The notes beneath the pieces were generated by a model. That model was not told the DNA's origin and did no database searches. It worked only from the letters and a program-made list of their open reading frames with translations. A program made the position numbers and the translations under genes. This document shows positions 37,552 through 46,223 of a stretch of DNA of 48,747 bases, piece by piece (the first letter of the stretch is position 1; every line of letters begins with the position of its first letter). The stretch comes from Dehalococcoidia bacterium UBA2160 (GTDB lineage Bacteria; Chloroflexota; Dehalococcoidia; Lucifugimonadales; UBA1123): assembly GCA_002328865.1 (NCBI GenBank), contig DCWO01000060.1, positions 1 through 48,747 of the forward strand. Reading direction: 5' to 3'.

Positions 37552-39998
37552 TGCCTCCTCTGGCGCTGTCCGACATCCGGGTCGTCGATCTGTCCACCGG
37601 AGTAGCCGGTCCGTTCTGCACGAAGTTGTTCGCCGACTTCGGCGCGGATGTGATCAAGGTCGAGTCGCCAGTGGTAGGCGACGAATCCAGGTCTCTTGGA
37701 CCGTTCAGAGTGGGCAGTTCGAACACCGAGGCCGGCGGCGCATTCCAGTATCTCAACACGAACAAGCGCGGGGTGACTCTGGATCTCGAATCGGAGGCGG
37801 ATCGCGAACAGGTTCGACGTCTCGTCTCTGGCGCCGACGTGGTGGTGGAGAGCCACGCCGTGGGCGCCTTGGCGCGATTCGGCCTGGCTTTCGAAGACCT
37901 GCGATCCGTTCGGCCCGATCTGATCATGGCATCGATCACGCCTTTCGGACAGACCGGGCCGTGGCGCGACTATCAGGCTACGGACATCGTGCAGTACGCT
38001 GCCTCTGGTCTCGGCTACATCAACGGCACGCCCGATCGAGAGCCGCTGAAAGAACCTGGCGTCCAGAGTCAGTTCCACGGCGGCACGTCGGCGTTTCTCG
38101 GCGCGATGGCCGCGCTGTCGTATCGAGACTTCCACGGAGTCGGTCAGCACGTCGACGTATCGACTCTCGAGGCGCTGACGACCGTGTTCGCACCGCAGCT
38201 CCTGGGAGCGATGTACACGGGGCGTTCACCAGGACGGAGGACGCCCGGTCTCCCCGCTGGGTTGCTGGCCTGCAAGGACGGTTACGTGGCGCTGAACGTG
38301 CGGCACCAAGTCACGTGGCAGCACCTGTGGATCTTCTTCGGCGAACCGGAAGTGGCAGACGACCCCAGGTTCGCCACAGCCCGCGATCGCCGCGATCGCA
38401 ATATCGAGGTCGATCAGCTCATCGGGCCGCGCCTGGAGCGCTACACGATGAATGAGCTACTCCACGGGCTCAGTCCGCTCCGAATCAACGTGGGTATGAC
38501 TCTCGACATGGCACGGTTGGTCGATGACGAGCACATTCGCGCTCGTGGGTCGTTCGTCGATGTTGGACGCGATGGCGAGCAGGCAGTGACTATGCCGGGA
38601 GCGCCGTTCAGGATGTCCGCGACGCCGTGGGCGATTAGGCGGCCGGCGCCGTTCTTGGGCGAGCACAACAGCGAAGTGTTCGCGGAGGAACGACGACCCG
38701 GAACCGATTCGTCCGCGGCCGCCCCAGACGGCGTCGACGTCGGCGCTCTGCCTCTGGAGCACGTCCGTGCGGTAGTCCTGACGCAGGCGTGGGCCGGAGC
38801 ACTGACGACCCAGCTTCTCGCTGATCTCGGCGCCGAGGTCATCCAGGTTGAGGCGCTGACCAGGGCCGACGTGTGGCGTGGCGGGTTCCCGCCTCATCAC
38901 CGAGGCACTTACCCGAACGACGAACCCGGCGAACGTCCATACGACCGCAACGCTTTGTTCAACGCCGTTAACCACAGCAAGCTTGGAATCACGCTTGACC
39001 TCAACACCGAAGCGGGCAAATCTCGGTTCCTCGAGCTTGTGGCGATCTCCGACATCATGGTCGAGAACTACGCGGCCCGCGTCATCCCGAACTTCGGGCT
39101 GGAGTATCCGGCGCTGAGGCAGGTCAATCCTAGCATCGTGATGATGCGAATGCCGTCGTTTGGAGCATCCGGGCCGTACTCGATGTATCCGGGCAACGGC
39201 GGCACCACGGAGCCGATGAGCGGCATCGCTTCGCTTATGGGCTACCCGGACGGGCCGCCAATCAACTCGGGTTGCATGCACACCGACGCCATCGCCGGAG
39301 TGATGGGGCTCGGCGCGCTGCTCATAGCCATGCGCCACCGCCATCGCACCGGAGAAGGTCAGGAGATCGACTTCTCTCAACAGGACGCCGCGATCTCGTT
39401 CATCGCGGACCAGGTCGTCGAGTACACGATGACAGGGACTTCGCCGCCTCGCCTCGGGAACGGCAACCGCCTAATGGCGCCGCACAGCTTCTATCGATGC
39501 AGAGGCAGCGACGCATGGGTGGCCATCGCCGTCCGCGCCGACGCCGAGTGGTTGGCGCTGTGTGCGCTCATGGACAGAGACGACCTGGCTTCGGAAGCAC
39601 GGTTCGCAACGGCCAGGGATCGTGTTCGTCGCGCCGACGAGCTCGACGCCTTCGTCACGGCGTGGACGTGTGAACGCGATGCCGAAGAGATCGAAGAGTT
39701 GCTGCAACGCCACGGCATCCCCGCGGCAGCGGCCGTTAAAGGAATCGATGTGCCGGACCATCCGCAGCACACGGCTCGCGGCTATTTCGAGACCGTCGAT
39801 CATCCGGCGACGGGTCCGTACCCGATCGCCGGCGTCCCGTTCAGGCTGTCACGCACCCCAGGACGCATCCGCTGGCCGGCGCCCACGCTGGGTCAGCACA
39901 GCGAGCAAGTGCTCAAGCAGCACCTGGCCGTGCACGAGGCCGACTACGACGACATGGTGCGCGAGGGCATTACCGGCACGGACCCGCCGCTGGACTGA
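37551..39998 (+). CDS. Family III CoA-transferase (CaiB/BaiF), tandem two-domain fusion
   Basis: Two units (VAGPFCTKLFADFGADVIKVE / WAGALTTQLLADLGAEVIQVE; NKRGVTLDL / SKLGITLDL; APFLGEH / APTLGQH). TGATG coupling to the upstream crotonase. Confidence 0.94.
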   Translation: MPPLALSDIRVVDLSTGVAGPFCTKLFADFGADVIKVESPVVGDESRSLGPFRVGSSNTEAGGAFQYLNTNKRGVTLDLESEADREQVRRLVSGADVVVESHAVGALARFGLAFEDLRSVRPDLIMASITPFGQTGPWRDYQATDIVQYAASGLGYINGTPDREPLKEPGVQSQFHGGTSAFLGAMAALSYRDFHGVGQHVDVSTLEALTTVFAPQLLGAMYTGRSPGRRTPGLPAGLLACKDGYVALNVRHQVTWQHLWIFFGEPEVADDPRFATARDRRDRNIEVDQLIGPRLERYTMNELLHGLSPLRINVGMTLDMARLVDDEHIRARGSFVDVGRDGEQAVTMPGAPFRMSATPWAIRRPAPFLGEHNSEVFAEERRPGTDSSAAAPDGVDVGALPLEHVRAVVLTQAWAGALTTQLLADLGAEVIQVEALTRADVWRGGFPPHHRGTYPNDEPGERPYDRNALFNAVNHSKLGITLDLNTEAGKSRFLELVAISDIMVENYAARVIPNFGLEYPALRQVNPSIVMMRMPSFGASGPYSMYPGNGGTTEPMSGIASLMGYPDGPPINSGCMHTDAIAGVMGLGALLIAMRHRHRTGEGQEIDFSQQDAAISFIADQVVEYTMTGTSPPRLGNGNRLMAPHSFYRCRGSDAWVAIAVRADAEWLALCALMDRDDLASEARFATARDRVRRADELDAFVTAWTCERDAEEIEELLQRHGIPAAAAVKGIDVPDHPQHTARGYFETVDHPATGPYPIAGVPFRLSRTPGRIRWPAPTLGQHSEQVLKQHLAVHEADYDDMVREGITGTDPPLD

Positions 39999-40012
39999 AG
40001 AAGGTTGCTCTG

Positions 40013-41200
40013 TCACGTAGGCGTGGTGTCGAGGGCGTCAGCCGTCGCTGCGTCGGTGACCAGGCAGGTTGGCACAACTCCGTCGTAGTCTGCCGGACTT
40101 TGCCCAGATGCTGCTTCGGCCGAGGCCCGAGCAACCGCTCGGATTGCGTTGACCATTTCGGAACCGCCGGCAACAAGCACTTTTTCCCTTGCCTGGTTCA
40201 ACAGGTTCAGCGGCGCCGATACGGTTTTTTGATTGAACGCGTCCATCAGGGCGTCCGCCCGCTTGCGTAGCTTGCTTGGCGATGAACGATCGCCGACCCA
40301 GAAAAGCTTGTAACAGATCTTGGCTATTGAGTCTGGCGCCTGCGGCAAGATCTCCCGCATGAGCGTGTCGAGTTCCCCCCTGACGGGCTCGGTTTCAGGA
40401 CCTCGCTGGTTAACCATGTAGTGGTGCGCGTTGACGGTTCCCATGCTGAAAACGGCTATGTCGGGGGGCGACTGCCAATTCAACAGATGACCTCCAAGCA
40501 CCTTCAATACCTCACCGGCCACGTCCTTTTTCAAGGAATCGGGCAGGGTCAAGGGCAGGTGAACGAACCGGACTTGTCCGAAGTCCACTCCAAGAACCGC
40601 CGCCAGATCGAAAGCCACCGTGTCGGCGGTCAAGTTGCCGTCACCCAGCTTGCGCAAGTCCTGCTTTCTGATGATGTTGTTGCCCACCAGTGACAGGATG
40701 CTGAGATCTGCGAAGGACTGCCTTGATTCCGTCTGGAGCCCCTTAATAGCGTCAACTGTAAAACCCAGGGCCCGTCCGCCGCCCACCGCAATGGTGTCAC
40801 TGTCACGAATTCGACTCATCAGGAATCCCGCCGCTGCCCATCCAAGGCCAAGGTGGATCTGGTCCCCATATGCCAGTGGATCTTGATCCTTGAGTCCTGC
40901 CAGCGCCCGGTCTGTTACAACGTAAACGTTTCGCATACCGAACCTCTCGGCCAGCCGCCGTCCCAACCGCACATCCAGGTCAAGCGTGCCAGTGGAGAGC
41001 GTTCTCGTGACCTCGATTTTGACCAGGCCCGAAGCGAGCGCGCGACGTATCAGCATGCGGATATCGTCATCTTTGCGTACAGGCTCTCCAGCAGCCTGCA
41101 GCTCAGCCGTAACCTCCCTGACAGATTTTCGATCTGAATGGTGCAGATAGGCCGCTCGAATCGCAAGCCGGTCAAGAAGTTCGGGTGGTCTCCGTTCCAT
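40013..41200 (-). CDS. SorC/DeoR-type sugar-binding transcriptional regulator
   Basis: N-terminal HTH (AAYLHH...SVREVTAEL...ALASGLVKIEV), LAERFG, IAVGGGRAL, DIAVFSMG, VAGG and LVTDAATA. Confidence 0.8.
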   Translation of the reverse strand: MERRPPELLDRLAIRAAYLHHSDRKSVREVTAELQAAGEPVRKDDDIRMLIRRALASGLVKIEVTRTLSTGTLDLDVRLGRRLAERFGMRNVYVVTDRALAGLKDQDPLAYGDQIHLGLGWAAAGFLMSRIRDSDTIAVGGGRALGFTVDAIKGLQTESRQSFADLSILSLVGNNIIRKQDLRKLGDGNLTADTVAFDLAAVLGVDFGQVRFVHLPLTLPDSLKKDVAGEVLKVLGGHLLNWQSPPDIAVFSMGTVNAHHYMVNQRGPETEPVRGELDTLMREILPQAPDSIAKICYKLFWVGDRSSPSKLRKRADALMDAFNQKTVSAPLNLLNQAREKVLVAGGSEMVNAIRAVARASAEAASGQSPADYDGVVPTCLVTDAATADALDTTPT

Positions 41201-41239
41201 GATCCCCCCATTGTTAAGTTCAGGTCCGCCGCACTTCCA

Positions 41240-41400
41240 AATGTCACGTGCGTAAACATCTGAACTGATAATTATGAGATTACTACATTATGTTCATTAG
41301 ATAAATGATGATACTTGACGGTTATAAAAAGCGTTATTAACGTCTAGGTAATTCATAACACGAAGTTACTTCAAGCCTATATCACGTTATGAGGCGCCGT
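41240..41400. promoter_or_regulatory. AT-rich divergent control region with a promoter and operator-like palindromes
   Basis: TTGACG(41315)-17 nt-TAACGT; CGTTA-T-TAACG palindrome at 41332-41342; TCATAAC (41353) / GTTATGA (41386) inverted pair. Confidence 0.55.
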
Positions 41401-41563
41401 CAATATGGAGTTACGACTCATCTGTTTGAGCTCGAGGCGCTGATTCATCGGAGCTAGGGAACGCAACAACGACGAGAGGAGAAGCGACACGATGGAGGTC
41501 ACATACGAAACAACACCGGGAGCGGACTTGAATATCGCGGCCATTGCGACTGAGAGGAGAGAC

Positions 41564-42157
41564 ATGAACCCTAACCAAAGCACACTACATGTCCTGGCCC
41601 GAGAGGGGATTTCAGTAACTGAAGGAGAGTTAATTCGTGCGGCGGGCGAAACGCACCCGAACAGCAACGGGTCAGCGATAGCGCCGGTGGCGGTCCCCTT
41701 TCAATTCGCCACCCTTGAACGGGCGCCCCTGAGCGCCTCGGATCTGATCAGTGAACCAAACGCTGCCAGCGCATCGCCAGGGGCGACCAGTTTGGCTCAG
41801 CTCCCGGTTCGGAGGGATCGACAGCGAACGCCGGAGACCTGGGTGAAGGCTATCCTGTGCCGCCTGGGCATCCACAATGGACCGTGGATATACGCGGTTG
41901 AACACGTCTGCGTCCAGAGCCGTGAGTGCGGACGATGCGGATCTGTACATGTGCGTACCAAACACCAGCACGAGTGGCGCTACATCCGTGAGGGCGCCTG
42001 TAAGCAGGTCAAGAATTGTGGGCGGTGCGATGCGGCCAAAGGTGAAAGGACCCGCCACGAGTGGGGTGCAACTTACGATGTCGCCGGCGACAAAGAGGCG
42101 CACGACTGCCAACGATGCGGAAAGGTGGAGAAGTGGACGGTCAGCGACGGCGACTAG
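41564..42157 (+). CDS. Cys/His-rich repeat protein (DUF1660-like, repeated C..CG...H.W zinc-ribbon units)
   Basis: LCRLGIH, three CxxC units (CGRCG, CGRCD, CQRCG) with HEW repeats. ATG 41564 follows GAGGAGAG; in-frame alternative ATG 41492. Confidence 0.7.
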   Translation: MNPNQSTLHVLAREGISVTEGELIRAAGETHPNSNGSAIAPVAVPFQFATLERAPLSASDLISEPNAASASPGATSLAQLPVRRDRQRTPETWVKAILCRLGIHNGPWIYAVEHVCVQSRECGRCGSVHVRTKHQHEWRYIREGACKQVKNCGRCDAAKGERTRHEWGATYDVAGDKEAHDCQRCGKVEKWTVSDGD

Positions 42158-42279
42158 CAGGGGAGGCCGATGCTGGTGTGGCGGCGATCCAGGGAAGAGC
42201 GAGGTGATGTCGATTTGAGGCGAATCTGCACTTGGGAGAGGACTGGAGTATCGCAGCCATTGCGACTGAGGGGTGAGAC

Positions 42280-42966
42280 ATGAACTTCAACCAAAGTGCA
42301 CTGGACGACCTGGCTCGTAAGGGGGACGCCACAACCGAAGGGGAGTTGCTCCCGGAGACCCGGAAGAAGCGACCCGACCGGAGCGGGGCAGCGACCGCGG
42401 TGGAGGTTTCCCGTCGTTCAGCCTTGGCAAGTGGCATAGACGAAATCTGCTTTGTCTCACTCCTCGTTGCCGCGTTCTTCCGCGTCGTAGGCGGGCTCGG
42501 CAGCAGGTTCGCAGGAATCGGCTGGGAGATCGGCGGCTTTGGCGGCTTCCTCCTGAGCGCCGGGCTCACCACTTTGCATAGGAGGCCAGCTCAGCCCGCG
42601 CCTGCCGGAGAGAGTCGTCGCGTCAGGTGGATCCGTCGAGTGTTGAGCTTACCGTTGAATATCTTGTTCTTCCCCTTTGAGGCGCCTGGACGGTTCTATT
42701 GGCTGCTTGACCCGGATGCCAAGTGCAGACGCGTGGGTCTGCTAACAGTGGGCCATGTCACAGGCAAAGACTAGGAGAGCGGTGAAGCCACCGTCTGGTA
42801 CTTCGTGAGTTACGCGTATCAGGTTGACGGCCGGACTCATGACGCTCGAAAAGGCGTCCGAAGTTTCGACAAGCTGCGCGAGGGTGATGAACTCAGGGTC
42901 TACTACTTGCCTGACACGGACCCGCTCAAGACCGCCATAGACAGGTCGCCCCGACCGCTGGCGTAG
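42280..42966 (+). pseudogene. Membrane protein with DUF3592-like C-terminal domain interrupted by an in-frame TAG (42772-42774)
   Basis: After GHVTGKD* the same frame continues ESGEATVWYFVSYAYQVDGRTH...FDKLREGDELRVYYLPD...PLA*. Confidence 0.65.
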
Positions 42967-42991
42967 CGAAGCATGTGGGAGGAGGGTTCCG

Positions 42992-43669
42992 ATGTTGGGC
43001 CAGGCATACACCGTTTCGGGGCTTGTTTACCAGGTCACGATGGCGATCGGCGTGGCGGTGCTGGTCGGCGCCGGGCTGGGCCTGTCAAACCTCCTTCGCG
43101 ACCGGGGCGTTCCGCGATCCGTCGCCCGCTACGTGGCCCCGTGGTTTGCGGGCGCAGCCTTCCTGATTGCGGCCCTGTGGCTCGAGGCTAGCGTTGCGAT
43201 CGCGCTTGCGGTCGTGTTGACCGGGATGCTGGTGGCGCTCAAGACTTTTCGTCGAACTGCTTTGCGTGGGATCGAGGGCAATCTTGCTTCTCAGGCGTGG
43301 TCGGAGGTCACTTTTGGGGTAGCTGGGGTCGCAAGCTTGACCGTTGGCTGGGGCTGGCTAGGCGACCGTTGGCTGGGCTTCCTGCCCATCGCGTTCATGG
43401 CGTGGGGAGACAGCACCGCAGGGCTAGCGAGGGCGACGTTGTGGCGGTCGAACGTGGTCAGCGTGTGGCCGTCGGTGGGCATGGCGGCAGTCTGTCTGGG
43501 GGCCGCTTTCCTCTACCAGCCCTACTGGATTGGCGCTGCCGGCGCCGTTGCGGCGACCGTCGCCGAGCGGAAGCGGCCGAGGTTCGGCGTCTGGTGGGAC
43601 GACAACGCCAACGTCGTGGCCGTGTCCCTCATCGGCATGGTCGCCCTCACGTTGCTCACAGCAACGTGA
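42992..43669 (+). CDS. Polyprenol/phytol kinase-like (CTP-dependent) membrane protein
   Basis: Multiple TM helices, VPRSVAR, AFMAWGDSTAGL, VATVAE-like segment and DDN; GGAGGAGG SD. Confidence 0.65.
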   Translation: MLGQAYTVSGLVYQVTMAIGVAVLVGAGLGLSNLLRDRGVPRSVARYVAPWFAGAAFLIAALWLEASVAIALAVVLTGMLVALKTFRRTALRGIEGNLASQAWSEVTFGVAGVASLTVGWGWLGDRWLGFLPIAFMAWGDSTAGLARATLWRSNVVSVWPSVGMAAVCLGAAFLYQPYWIGAAGAVAATVAERKRPRFGVWWDDNANVVAVSLIGMVALTLLTAT

Positions 43670-43724
43670 GGGCTCCGAATCTTTCCAGACTTGGTTCCAC
43701 TTCAGTCACCAGTCCGTGTCGGTT

Positions 43725-43878
43725 GGGCGGTGCGTCGCCGTCAAGGGCGACAGGACCAGCCACGAGTGGAGTGCAATCTATGACGTCGACCGGCTCCGTT
43801 GCCATGGCGATTAGGGAGGCGCACCGCTGCCTGCGATGCGGAAACGTGGAGGAGTGGACAGTCGGCGACGGCGACTAA
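43725..43878 (+). pseudogene. Truncated, frameshifted second copy of the Cys-rich repeat gene 3' end
   Basis: GRCVAVKGDRTSHEWSAIYDV..GD / REAHRCLRCGNVEEWTVGDGD* aligns to GRCDAAKGERTRHEWGATYDVAGDKEAHDCQRCGKVEKWTVSDGD*. One extra T lies at 43811-43812. Confidence 0.85.
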
Positions 43879-43949
43879 GGGGAGAGGCCGATGTCGGTGC
43901 ACGGATTCGCGACGAGCGGTTGCGTCGCTGTCGCTCCGGTCGGCCCGGG

Positions 43950-44075
43950 AAGAGACAGTACAGAGAATTGTCAGAAGGCGACTCCGTGACAGTTGCATAT
44001 TGGCCCGACCGAAAGATGCGCGAAGCAGCACTGATCGAACGAGAGACCACGCCAGACACGTTCGAGAGGATCTAG
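43950..44075 (+). pseudogene. DUF3592-like C-terminal fragment
   Basis: QYRELSEGDSVTVAYWPD resembles FDKLREGDELRVYYLPD of the 42280 gene; no credible start. Confidence 0.5.
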
Positions 44076-44077
44076 TC

Positions 44078-44500
44078 ATGGCCCGCCACGATGTCGAGGA
44101 AATCTCCGCCTGCGTGGGCGCCGCTGCCGGCGCCCTCTATCTGGGCATCGTATTCGGGTTTTCGTTTATTGCCGTCTGGGGAGGCATAGTCGGTGGCGGG
44201 ATCGTCGGCTGGATTTTTGGGATCTGGCCCGGCAACACCCTATTGAAACCGAGAGAAGGCAATATGGGTAGACTGATGGCACGGGTTCGCAAAATTGTTC
44301 TGGTCGTGGGAGAGACTCTAGGTGGGGCGCTCGTTGGGATGTTTTATTCATTGCCGGCGGTAGGACTAGTCATCCATATCGCACCGGAGCACCAAGAGGC
44401 GATCTGGGCTTTAGGAACATCTGTTGTCGGCGTGTTGATTGGATCAGCCGTCGGAGTGCGGAGGGCGATCAGGAAAACGAGAGATCAGTGCTACCTTTAG
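44078..44500 (+). CDS. Gly-rich four-TM hypothetical membrane protein
   Basis: GAGGA SD before MARHDVEE; four hydrophobic segments. Confidence 0.65.
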   Translation: MARHDVEEISACVGAAAGALYLGIVFGFSFIAVWGGIVGGGIVGWIFGIWPGNTLLKPREGNMGRLMARVRKIVLVVGETLGGALVGMFYSLPAVGLVIHIAPEHQEAIWALGTSVVGVLIGSAVGVRRAIRKTRDQCYL

Positions 44501-44605
44501 AAAGTCAAGGACTCCGTCTTGGCGTGGCAGCTGCCATCGAGTTGGAGGAGCATCTGATTTTGGCCCACCTGCCGCATCGCAGGCCTTACCCGGACTGCTG
44601 TCCCA

Positions 44606-45724
44606 TCAATCCGTGACCACGTCGCGAGCGTTGCCTCGGAGGCTGTTGGCGTCCAGCCGTACGTCCTTCGTGGCCGTGTACAGGATCGCTGCTTCACGGG
44701 AGCCGGTTATCGTGTTGCACCGGATTGTGTAGTCTTCTGACGGGTCGTCGCCGATGTCGGACGGCGCCCACCAGAGCCGCACTCCTGCGCGATTGTCAGC
44801 GAGTTCATTCGCCTCGATCACGTTGTGGCTGCCGTGCTCGATGGCGATTCCGTCCGAACGGTTGGAGCGGATGCGGTTGCCTCGAACGGTCGTGTTTCGC
44901 GAGTACCCCAGCCAGAAGCCGTAGTTCGAGAAATCGGCGATGTTCTCCTCGAAGACGTTGTCCTCCGAGAAGACGGCCTCGAACGCGTTGTTGGGCGAGA
45001 AGCTGGCATCGTTTCGTGCGATCAGGTTGTCGTTGGAGGCGTGGCGGTTGTTCGCGCGGATGAAAAACCCGTCGCCGCCGTACAGCAGGCTGTTGCCGAC
45101 GATGCGGTTGCGGTGCGAGTGCTCCTCCAGCAGGACGCCGGCCGAGTCCGCGGTGTCGTTCCAGAATCGGTCGGTGAAGCGGATGCAGTGGTCGGCGCGG
45201 TTGCCCTCGATGACGTTGTCGGTGGACAGCAGCAGATGTATGCCCACGTTGCCGCTGTACGACGCATCGTTTCCGCGCAACGTCACCCTCTGGCAGCGCA
45301 CCAGGTCGATGCCGTTCAGGTTGTCGTGCGCGATGTTGCCGTCGAGGACGCAGTCCGTCGCCCGCACCAGCCGGATGCCCCCGCCGAAGCCAACCTCGAC
45401 GGGCACGACGTCGTCGCCTAGCCAGCCGAGTCCGGGCGGGTTATGATTGCCGGAGACGACGCAGCGCTCGATTCGGAGCTGCCTGACGTTGTCGGCCAGC
45501 ATTCCCCAATGGAAGCCGCGAATGACGCCGTTGCGGATCGTCACACGCTCGCAATCGTGCACCAGGATGCCCATGCCGTTCCGGTCTTCGCCGTCGAGCA
45601 CCGCGCCGCCGAGGTCGAGTTCGACGCCGTCGGTCGCGATCTCGATCAGCGGCGAGTCGGGTCCAGCGCGGGCGTCGCGAGTGTATCGTTCGGGCGCGAG
45701 AGTGGTCGAACTGGTTATCTTCAT
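44606..45724 (-). CDS. Right-handed parallel beta-helix (NosD/pectate-lyase-like) protein
   Basis: LDLGGAVLDG, VTIRNGVI and repeated N..GI.L....N.I.GN units. Confidence 0.88.
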   Translation of the reverse strand: MKITSSTTLAPERYTRDARAGPDSPLIEIATDGVELDLGGAVLDGEDRNGMGILVHDCERVTIRNGVIRGFHWGMLADNVRQLRIERCVVSGNHNPPGLGWLGDDVVPVEVGFGGGIRLVRATDCVLDGNIAHDNLNGIDLVRCQRVTLRGNDASYSGNVGIHLLLSTDNVIEGNRADHCIRFTDRFWNDTADSAGVLLEEHSHRNRIVGNSLLYGGDGFFIRANNRHASNDNLIARNDASFSPNNAFEAVFSEDNVFEENIADFSNYGFWLGYSRNTTVRGNRIRSNRSDGIAIEHGSHNVIEANELADNRAGVRLWWAPSDIGDDPSEDYTIRCNTITGSREAAILYTATKDVRLDANSLRGNARDVVTD

Positions 45725-45799
45725 AGCGTCGAATCGCCTCAGAGCCGAAGTCTAGCTGGCGCGAATGAAGCGGTCAATGGGCGATGTTCGACGCGTGGG

Positions 45800-45828
45800 T
45801 TGCACCTGTCGAGGCGTGCGGGTATAAT
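45800..45828 (+). promoter_or_regulatory. sigma70 promoter of the rsgA leader
   Basis: TTGCAC-17 nt-TATAAT; the predicted start near 45835 coincides with the first base of the long stem. Confidence 0.75.
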
Positions 45829-45894
45829 TCGGCGGTAGATTACGCCATACCCGTATTCGGGCGATCCCAACGCTGAAGGAGGAGGCAAGTCGAG

Positions 45895-45972
45895 ATGAAA
45901 CATACTGCGCTGGCAGCACAAGCTGCGAAATATCGTCTTGCCCGCCCCGCTTTCAGCCGGTGGAGGCATTAA
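45895..45972 (+). CDS. Putative 25-aa leader peptide MKHTALAAQAAKYRLARPAFSRWRH
   Basis: Strong SD AAGGAGGAGG 9 nt before ATG; below the ORF-track cutoff. Confidence 0.5.
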   Translation: MKHTALAAQAAKYRLARPAFSRWRH

Positions 45973-46028
45973 CCCGGAACCGCGTAATCTACGTTGATTT
46001 CGTCCGGGAATGGCACTCCGTATCGACT

Positions 46029-46071
46029 AGCCATGAGCAGCGAGGCGCGCAGCTCATGGCTTTCTGTTTTT
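46029..46071 (+). terminator. Intrinsic terminator in the rsgA leader
   Basis: AGCCATGAGC / GCTCATGGCT 10-bp stem followed by TTCTGTTTTT. Confidence 0.8.
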
Positions 46072-46223
46072 CGGAGCCCCTGTCGATCCGTCGGATCGAG
46101 GCGCCGGTTCTGAGCAGGCCATGAGTTCACAGGAATGTGGATTTGGCAGCCGTCCTTTTCGCGACAATCTGAAATGCGCGAATGGACGGCCCTCATGTGA
46201 ACACCCGGACGGAGGAATGCTCA

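Larger units (their letters stand above)
45835..46071 (+). ncRNA. Structured leader RNA / sRNA of unknown class upstream of rsgA
   Basis: 11-bp pairing 45835-45845 with 45982-45992, inner stems GCTGAAG/TTTCAGC and GGCAAG/CTTGCC, ending in an intrinsic terminator. Confidence 0.55.

Noticed and set aside
22278-43814. Genome-wide TAG recoding, suggested by TAGs at 22278, 42772 and 43812
   Set aside because: TAG ends intact core genes here; 22278 lies in a degraded remnant and 43812 results from a 1-nt insertion.
45965-46010. T-box-like GGAACCGCG...CGTCC
   Set aside because: It lacks the UGG of the T-box bulge (reads CCGGAACC), there is no recognisable stem I, and the downstream gene is not amino-acid related.
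45835-46071. tmRNA or SRP RNA interpretation of the leader (ALAA in the uORF)
   Set aside because: No tRNA-like GGGG/CCA ends, ALAA is not terminal, and there is no SRP GGAA tetraloop domain.
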